A DNA stretch of 64,000 nt, from NCBI GenBank assembly GCA_039096225.1, contig JBBPEB010000002.1, forward strand, positions 248,001-312,000. Reading direction: 5' to 3'. A program made the translations under genes and the position numbers. The DNA is from Blastocystis sp. Blastoise. Taxonomy: Eukaryota > Protista > Bigyra: Opalinata. Each line of letters opens with the position of its first letter. The stretch's first letter is position 1. Positions 46,249-64,000 of the stretch are shown here, piece after piece. A model generated the notes under the pieces. The model made no database searches. It was not told where the DNA came from and was given only the letters and a program-made list of their open reading frames with translations.

Positions 46249-46353
46249 TCAACTGGATTTAAAGTATCTTTTGGTTCTAAACCTACTGCTGCTCCTGCTG
46301 CTGCTCCTGCTTCTCCTGCTCCCACTTCTACTGGATTTAAAGTTAAATTTTAA
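45277..46353 (+). CDS. Ubiquitin-like domain + Pro/Ala-spaced FG-type repeats (TGFKVSFGSKP x6 plus a terminal partial)
   Basis: Exons 45277-45381, 45449-45698, 45794-46353; Ubl signature DTRTLKEAGIESDDFVNV..KRGG; the real repeat frame is absent from the ORF track. Confidence 0.75.
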
Positions 46354-47163
46354 ATGCATTTCAACTATATACGTTATCTAGTTTATCTCCTTTTTTTTTA
46401 CATTACAATGTTTTCATAATTTTGATTTTTTTGTCTTCTTTTCCCTAAATTTATTGTTTTGTTTTATTATTTGTGTCTTTTAGCTTAATAATTAGAAGAA
46501 TCTAGCTTATCTATAAAGTATAAATTTTTGAAAAATTATTTCATAGATACTAAAGAATCAATAATTTTATTATAAAACCTTTATAATCATAAATTATATA
46601 TTAACATTATTCAATGATATTTTTAAATAAATATATTTGTTTTTATATAAATTGATTATTCTTACTCTTAGTAGAGTATTATTCTTTGTATAATATATGA
46701 AATAACTGCATAGATTTTCAATCACATAGACTAAAAGCATTTACGACATACATACCAAATGAGTTTCTTCACATAGAATATCATTTAAAATACGAGAATA
46801 AAGATAATGCGAGAATTTATTCATAATCTAATTCTATTTCTATATTATGATTTTTCACAAGAATTGGATTCATTTAGCTTTCATCATTCCTCTTGTATCT
46901 TCTGCTAATATATTCATATAAATGGAAGAAGAATACTTATAAAATGGAATATGATAATTATGAAATAACTATCAGTACGTGTTTTCTTATATCAACAAAT
47001 AACATAGACCCTAATGACACCATAAATAACTATTTTCTGAATGCAACAAGATTGTGTTTTCCACATATAGTTCCATTTCATAAATAATTTCTCCGTTTTC
47101 CCTTTTCTAAAAATCATTTATTGAATCAAAACATTTTTTTTTTCTGTTTTTTACTGAATAAGA

Positions 47164-48131
47164 ATGAATTACTTAGTAGTTGCTCTTTTGTGTCTTGCAT
47201 GTGTAGTCTCTGCAGATAAATGGGTTGTTTTAGTTAGTGGAAATGATAATTTTTCTAATTATTGTATTACTTCAACTATTTGTCGTGGATATGCTTTAGC
47301 CACTCGTAATGGAATTCCTAGAGATCATATCGTTTATCTTTCACCCATTGATAATTTCTATGGTCCAATGAATATCTATCCTGGTAAGATGTTCACTAAG
47401 AATTCTACAGACGGCTTACCTGAAGATTATGGTGCTGAATGTTACGAATATATCGATTACAACGAAGAAACGATTACTCCTGCTCTCTTTATGAATGTAC
47501 TATCTGGAAATGCCGAAGCTATTACAAAAGCTACTGGTATTGAAAAACCTAAGGTCGTTCAATCTAATGAAGAAGATACTATTTTTGTTTATTACATGGA
47601 TCACGGTAGTCCTGGTTTATGCCAAGTTGTTGATGGCCTTTTAACTGAAGATGTTCTTATGAAAACTATTCAACAAATGCATGATAATAAAAAGTATTAT
47701 AATTATTTATATATTCTATATATCTATTCATCTATTTTTTATATATATATTTTATTTATTTTTTTTATATAATATATCTATTCATCTATTTTTTATATAT
47801 AGTATATCTATTAATAAATATAGTTTCTTTATTTAAAAGATATATATATATGTATATAGATATAATAAATTAGTATTTTATTTTGAAGCTTGTTATTCTG
47901 GTTCTATGTTCACAAATTTACCTAAAGGATTAAATGTATATGCTTTTACGGGTGCTGATGATAGACATTCTTCTTGGATGAGTTTCTGTCCTCCGTACGA
48001 TAAAGTAAATAATGTTACGATGCACACGTGCCTTTCTGCCTATTATGATGATGAATGGGAAGATTATGTCGAAGAAGTATAAAATTTGATAATATTTTTT
48101 TTTATATTTTTATATATTTATAATAATAATA

Positions 48132-48163
<32 letters not shown>

Positions 48164-48852
48164 ATTATATTTCTACAGAAAGGTACTAAAATATCTCATA
48201 ATGATTTATGGAAATTATCTCACGACCATATTGCTCTTAAAACTGATCAGAATGTGTCACAATTTGGAGATATTGACACTGTAGGCAAAGATTTATTATC
48301 TGAATATTTTGGGGAAAAAGCTGAAAATTTTCGTTCACCTATGTTTAATCGTATATATACCATAAATAAAACTATGTTAATTTTCTATAATTCTTATTAT
48401 TTTATTGTTTTAAATATTTTTCTTTTTTTAATGTTATATTAACATAATATTATTCTATATATGATATAAATATACAGAAACCCGTGGATCATATAAATAT
48501 TGCTGATGTTCCCGTTCATCTTGCTAAATGGAACTTGATTCGTTCTGATAAACAATCAAATAATAGAAATCAATTTGAAGATCAATTAAAAGAAGCTGTT
48601 GAAAAGGATATTAGAAGAGAAATTTATGTTAGTAGACTCGTTAGCAAAGCTCTTGATGAACAACAAGTTGAGAAAGCTATGAAATTTAAAAATAATGCTA
48701 ATTCTCAATGTGTTTATCATCTCACAAAAGAATTTGTTCGTCAATGTAAATATGAACTCCCATTCAGAGAAGAACATGTCAACGCTCTTCACTATCTTTG
48801 CTCTCAATTATCTATTGAAGAAATCGACAAACATATGAATTTCGTCTGCTAA
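47164..48852 (+). CDS. Legumain-like cysteine peptidase (C13) with signal peptide and C-terminal prodomain
   Basis: Signal MNYLVVALLCLACVVSA; KWVVLVSG; catalytic YYMDHG and FYFEACYSGSMF; last intron has a phase problem (see findings). Confidence 0.9.
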
Positions 48853-49290
48853 AAGTAAATTATTTTATAACTTGTCTTTTAAAAGAACGATTGCTTTGTT
48901 TATATTTTTTTTTAAACAAATGAGTATAACTTCATAACAATATATCGCAAATTATTACGATCATTGTAAATTTTTAAGTCTGAATTAATAGCAATCGTTT
49001 AGAGAATTATATATATAATATGTAAATAAAATTAGGAACAAATTATGCTAGTTTCTATCATTAACTGATAATGATTCAACGTTTCTTTGTATTCTGAAAT
49101 TCTTATATAGGTAATAAATTTTATTTAAATGATTGATCATATTTTCATAAATTGTAATGTCTCAGAAGTTGTGTAAATAAGAACAATAATTTGAAAAATA
49201 AATAAAAAAAAAAAAAAATTATTCTCTAAAAATTTAAAAATATTCGTGATTACTGAATAAAAGTGAGATTATTTTTGTGTTTTTTCTTTC

Positions 49291-51938
<2,648 letters not shown>

Positions 51939-52490
51939 GAATAATTATATGATATTTTTATTTTCACTTATTATTAATATGATATTTTCTTTTTTTCCTA
52001 TTTTCTATTTTCATTATTTTTTTTTTTTATTTTTATTTTTACATTCTTTTTCCTCTTTTTTTTATTATTTATTTATTTAATTATTGAAAGAATATTATTA
52101 TTCTATTTTATGATATGTGAACTGATATCGTAACAAATAAGTTCAAATATTAAAAAGTTTGTTGCTATTGTATTATAAAGAAAAGGTTGATAAAAATAAT
52201 AATAGTCTTTTTATATATACTATTATTTAACAGTTTATGTTAATAGCTTATCAAAATAGAATATTTTTTATACATTAATTGACCATATATTTAAAACAAA
52301 CTAGTTTTGATTTAGGTATATATATATAAATAGAAAGAAGCTAAAATATAAAATCGTACAAGATTAATAACGCAATAAAAATAAAAAAAATAAAATAAAA
52401 TACAATAAAGAAATTATATGAAAACGCTAGATAATTTATAAATAATGAATTATTTATATATTAATTAAATATCTATATAAATTATTCAGT

Positions 52491-53353
52491 TTAATTTAAT
52501 TTCCATCCCTCAGTAGGCACGTGAGGCTTGAATCCCCAAATAGAAGCAGGAGTTTCAGGTTTTTCTTCAACTACAGGTGTTTCAGGAACAGTAATAGTTT
52601 CCGCAGGTTCTACAGTTTCCACAGGTTCTACGGGTTTAGGAGCAGGTTCAGGAACACTAATAGTTTCCTCTTTTGGTTTCTCTTCTACGACAATAGGTTC
52701 AGAAGGTTGTTCTATAGGTTTGGCGGGCTCAGTGGCGGGAACTTCTTTGTGTTCCGATCCATAAGCAAGATCTTCTTCAATTGCTTTATCTATAGAAGCC
52801 ATAACCTATATATATAGGTATATATATAGTTACATAAAGTTATATATATAGTTATATATAATTATATATAGGTATATATATAGGTATATATATACAATAG
52901 CTTGAGAGGGGAGTTGACGACAAACGGTGGCGAGATAATTAATAAATTGAGGAGCAGAAACTAATTCATACTATACATATGTATATAATATACAGAATAT
53001 ATATATATAGAATATTAATATATATATATATATATACTTCTTTGGTCTTTAATTTTTCAACAAGGAAACCTTCTTCAGCAGGTGCAACTATATAGTAATA
53101 TAATTATAAAGTTATATATAGTTATATATATATATAGTTATATATATATATAGTTATATATAATTATAAAGATATATATACCTGATTGATAGAGGGAATT
53201 ACAGAAGTTTTTAATAAAAGGAGAAGAAGAAAATTGAGCTTTTGATTGTGTTTCCATCTATATATATATATAATAAAGATATATATATATATATATATAT
53301 ATACGTCTCTAAATAAGTCAATAATATCCTTCATACGAATATAGGCCTTACCA

Positions 53354-53405
<52 letters not shown>

Positions 53406-53715
53406 TGTGTCTATATACCCATAGTCACATATTTAGCATTAAAGAAGTTGATACCCTCCTGAAGCGCGAAATCAGTCATGGGACTAATATTATAAAGACG
53501 TTCTCCCTAGGGGAATATATATAAGTATATATAATAATATATAAGTATATATAATATATATAAGTATATATAATAATATATAAGTATATATAAAGATATA
53601 TAAAGATATATAAAGATATATAAAGATATATATACAATAACATAGATATAGACATCTGGAGTTACTTTAGAGATTGATGATAAATAGGAATACATTACTT
53701 GACTTGACATAAGCT

Positions 53716-53760
<45 letters not shown>

Positions 53761-53815
53761 TTGATCATCAAATTCATCTTCAGGAAGTGGAGTATACTAT
53801 ATATAGAATAATGAT

Positions 53816-53865
<50 letters not shown>

Positions 53866-54679
53866 TCTTAAGGAATGCCTTGAAATCACCGACAGTAGCG
53901 AAAGGACGAGGAGCTTTATGTTCCATATCATCTTCGTAGAGATATTGAGCTAATCTTTCAATGTAAGTTAAATAGTTATAATCTGCATGATCAAAAGTAT
54001 ATATAGAAGGCGCAAGTCGAAGAGATCTCATCGTAGACATTACTTTAGGGTGATTCACTTCTAATTTTATTTGAGCATATTCATCATTCTTTATATGATA
54101 CGAATAAGTACCTATCACACCTATATATATAATAATAATATACATATAATAAATAAAAATAGTTAAAATTCTTATTCAAAATAACTATATAATTATATAT
54201 ATATATATATACCAGCAGAAGCAATAAGAGTCCAAGTAGTCCATTTTCCCTATATATATATATAGTATATATAAATATATATAATACATACAACACTAGA
54301 TTTCTTTCCAGTCTTTTTATTTTTAGGAACTTCTGTTTCGACTTTAGGTGCTTCAGCTTTAGGGATTTCAGTCTTAGAAACTTCTACTTTAGGAACTTCA
54401 GTCTTAGGAACTTCTACTTTAGGGATTTCAACCTTAGGAGTAGCTTTAGGAGCAGTTTTTGTAGCAGATTGTTGAACATTTTGTTTTACTACATGTTCAA
54501 CTTTCTTAGAAGCATTTTTACCTTTCTTTGCAGCATCTGCAAAGAATCTAGACTATAGATTATTAGAATTAATTTGAAAAAGAGTGGATTTACATTGACG
54601 ATTCTTCTAGAAGAACGTAATACCGAACGAGCAAACTATAAATTAGTAGTTTCAAGCAATGAAAAGAAATATATACCAT
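52491..54679 (-). CDS. Unknown mitochondrion/MRO-targeted single-pass membrane protein with PK(V/T)E(V/I) pentapeptide repeats and a Pro/Glu-rich tail
   Basis: First coding exon is ATG only; presequence [19 protein letters not shown]; TM-like [18 protein letters not shown]; about 13 exons in frame. Confidence 0.7.
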
Positions 54680-55223
54680 TTTTAAATTAAATTAAACAAA
54701 TAAACAAGAACAGAGAAATAATTAAATGAGAACAGTTCCCCTTTCTTTCTATAGTTTCTATAGAAAGATTCTATTCGGTTCTCCCCTTACAAAAGGGAAA
54801 TTGAAGGAAATAGCCTAAAAATACAATATTTCCACGGATATAATTATGAAGAATCATTCTGACTGAATAATCAGCGCAACACTGAACTTTGTTGAATTTA
54901 TTTAAAAAATAATAAAAAGTATTTTTTTCTTTTTAAATAAGTATAGATACATGGTTTTTATTATTGGAGATTATATAAATAATCACAATTGCTCCTTGTA
55001 TGTATAAAAGTAGTTTTAAAAAGATTACTTGTTCAAATAAATGATCACCAAATTGGTTGTTTTTTGTCGGATTGTGGATGGTATTGACTATTGAGCACTA
55101 TTAATATATGCTAAATTAGAATGAATAGCAATAACAAAACAAATGAGTAAATACATAAAAGTTTTATAGAAATATTGATTAAAACAAACAGACGTTAATG
55201 AATTGTTTCCCTTGGACTAAAAT

Positions 55224-56650
55224 TTAGTTCATGTCATCATTAGTATTGTTATTAGATACTATATAATCTTTAGCATTAAATAATGAGTTAATTTTTTCAG
55301 CAATATCAAGTTGAGTTTTGGCAAGGTTACTTAAATACATGACAAGAGCAACATCTTTAATCTTAGTATCAATAAGTTGACTAAATATTTCAGGTTCAAT
55401 TTGAGGTAATAACGATAATGCACTATGTAACATACGACCAACCTATAATATAGATAAAGAATGAAAAGAAGAGATGAAATATTATATTATATATATGTTG
55501 TGTTTTAATAATAAGTATAATAATAATAATAAGTATAATAAGTATAATATACTCTTTGATCTCCTGATATTTCTCCAGAAACTACTTTATCAACATATTC
55601 ATCAAGATCTTCTAAAGTACCATTTAACTAGAAGAATTATATATATAGATATTTATATTGAGTATCTTATTTATTATTATATCTATATACTTTCTTTAAA
55701 GAACCTTCTAATTTAAATACATCATTATATAATTCAGTATTCTTTGGTACAAATGATTCCTATATATATATATATATATATATATAATTATTAGAATCAT
55801 CATAAATTTATATATATATATATATACAGTATCGGATTTTAATATAGAGTTAAGAATCATATTTTCATTATTAGCAGCATCCATTTCCATGGGAATCTTA
55901 ACTAATTTCACAGCACGAGGACTATTATAAGGTAAAAAATAGTATATAAAGAATAGATAGTATATATAGAGATTATATAGAGATTATATATAGAATATAA
56001 AAATAGTAATATGGAATATATAAATAGTAATATGGAATATATATAGAATATTATAGAATATATATAGAATATATATAGAATATATATAGAATATAAAGAA
56101 TATGTATATACCTATTAAAGAAACTAATAATTTCAGTAGTAAATACTTGTATATCTATTTTATTGGATTGTAAAGAAACATCCATATCAAGATAGATAGG
56201 ATTAGGGACTATAGTTCTATAATAAGTATTAATAGTATTCCAAGCTTTAGTAACTTGAAGTTTATCTTTGGAAATACAATACCAGCCAATTACTTCTTCA
56301 ATAGGATTTGAAGCTTTTTGTAATTGAGCTAAACGATTATTATAATCCTTACCGAAACCAATCTAAATCACAAAATAGTAATAATAACAAACATAATTTC
56401 AAATAAGTGTTTCTATAAAAATATGAATATCACATACTTCATCACCATCGATTTCATGAGGAACAGCGTAACAAAGCTTAACTTCTAAAACGCCATTACT
56501 TAAATGACCCATTAATGTACCAATAATTTTATCTTGACTTTCATGACGTCTAAGATATTGATCAAGAATTAAGACTGGAACAACAGGATGAACGTGAATC
56601 TTAGTAATTTGATTTGTGGTGCTGTTTTGATAAAAGAATTGTTCACTCAT
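55224..56650 (-). CDS. EIF3F: Eukaryotic translation initiation factor 3 subunit F (MPN domain)
   Basis: HVHPVVPVLILDQYLRR...IIGTLMG...CYAVPH; EVIGWY; KDVALVMYLSNLAKTQLDIAEKI; 6 exons in frame. Confidence 0.88.
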
Positions 56651-57604
56651 TGGTAAAGACTCGATCCCTTCAAAATATATAATTGAAATATGAAAAATTT
56701 GCTTTATTTCCACTAAACCAATCTTCCTTGGGAATATTCATTTTTATACTCTAAAAAAAATTATAATTTTATTCATCTTTCTTTTTTATAAGTATTGCAA
56801 AAGACTACAAATTATTTCAATTTATGATAACATTCAAACAATAGCAGCTTTTATAAACTGAAGAAAAGTTTCAAGTTAGATAAAGTCCCTTTAAATAATT
56901 TAGAATATTTAACTTTTTTCGAAATACGTCTCTCATTGAACTTATTCATAACTTATTTTCTGTGACTATGTATATAAGTAGTCCATAGTTCTCAAAAATA
57001 ATTTTTAATAAAATATACTGTTTTTAGATTTTTTATTATTCTGTATAATATAAAATTTCAATTTATTTTATAATTTCAATTCTTTGAAAATATTCTTTAA
57101 TATCATTTCATTCTTTTTTTTTTTATGTATTATTGTATAAGTTAATGTGCTATATATTTAACGATATAAATTCATGTTTCTGGACGTAGATTGAAAAACT
57201 TTATTTTTTAGGTCACGGATATTATTCTTCAAAACAATGTTATCAAAACATAAACATTACTTTATATTCATAAAAGTGATTCTTATGTTTCTTAGAGGAA
57301 CATTCAATAGAATTTGTTGTTAAATATTCGTATTATCTGTTATTACTTTATAGGCCTATATTAGAAGAACTAGTACTATTTATGTTTCTTATTATAAATG
57401 TTCATAACTAATAAAAAAACACAATCAAAACATATAAAATAAAATTGTAATTTAATAACATAGTTTTAACAAATCAAATAAAGTCTATGAAATATATAGT
57501 TCTTAAAAAGGTGAATATATCTTATTATAATATACGAAATCAAATAAAAACAGAGAAAAAATATAATAAATCAATACTCTTTTCATAATAGAATCCAAAA
57601 AAGA

Positions 57605-63273
<5,669 letters not shown>

Positions 63274-64000
63274 TTCTATATATAGAGATCACGATTCTAG
63301 ATTGTTTCGCAATATTAATTTATCAAAACAAGTACTTTACAGAAACCTTTGAGTCAATCAAAACGTTATCCTTTAAAACGGAAAATTACAACTTTTCCAG
63401 TATTTGAAACCATTAAACCACAATTCTAATTCTTTTTGCTAGAAGAGACAAATGACATACTTATAATACAATTGAATATATTCATATGAAAATCCATTAC
63501 TAGAAGCATCCAAACAAACGTTATTGAGACGAAATTAACAATATACGATGATCATAATTGCACTGTTATGTTACATAAGTATATTGGATATATGGTAAAT
63601 GGTAATTTATTAATGGATTCAATTGTTATAGCTCATTATGAACTGCTATTAAACATTTTCGCGTCAAAAGTCGATAGTTATTCTTCTTAAAATATCTTAC
63701 AAGTGTGTGTAATAATATATTAATGATACCAAGTAGGTTTAAAGAGTTATATATATTTATTTTATGAACTCATTAGGAAATAATCATGTCTTAGGGTTTT
63801 CTTTTTACGTTGTATGAGTGATAGATAACTTTTTAAAGCATGACGGATTATTTAACTACACTATTTTATAGACAAGAAAGTGTATTTCTCGGATTTCTTT
63901 GTCATTTTTTAATAGAGGCCATGAAGTATTTGCTAGAAACTCACTCCTATTTCATATATATTATTTTAGATGATTATGATGAATATAACAATAAATAATG

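Noticed and set aside
45783-46381. ORFs 45783-46325 (-) and 45905-46381 (+)
   Set aside because: Antisense and alternative frames of the TGFKVSFGSKP repeat exon.

Overview
Very AT-rich (roughly 80% A+T by eye), intron-dense eukaryotic genomic DNA using the standard code. Gene content (legumain, expanded TLDc and BTB-like families, mitochondrion-targeted proteins, MetH) fits an anaerobic gut stramenopile such as an AT-rich Blastocystis lineage; this is inference only. I traced 17 spliced protein-coding genes by hand: PDI, a domesticated MULE-transposase/Ulp1 fusion, a Rad60/NIP45-type SUMO-like protein, ABCF, CDK11-like kinase, G-patch/KOW (Spp2/GPKOW-like), two TLDc paralogues, a BTB-like/LRR-like protein, a Mia40/GCK-like organellar protein, a cullin, a Ubl+FG-repeat protein, legumain, a coiled-coil/poly-Asn protein, an unknown organellar membrane protein, eIF3f and methionine synthase. 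There are two non-autonomous DNA transposons: a 1.3 kb hAT-like element (73-bp TIRs, 8-bp TSD) and an 8.6 kb element with CACTATGGACATTTT TIRs. The large element has no transposase. It appears to carry a spliced, almost G-free polypyrimidine transcript followed by a fully paired but non-canonical tRNA-like cloverleaf, reminiscent of MALAT1/mascRNA, plus a small spliced ORF. Other highlights are introns made of pure (TA)n, two introns best explained as AT-AG, a candidate Mia40 equivalent with CxxC plus twin CX9C, and a recurrent CGGGAA motif. Most short ORFs in the supplied track are exon-plus-intron read-throughs or microsatellite artefacts.
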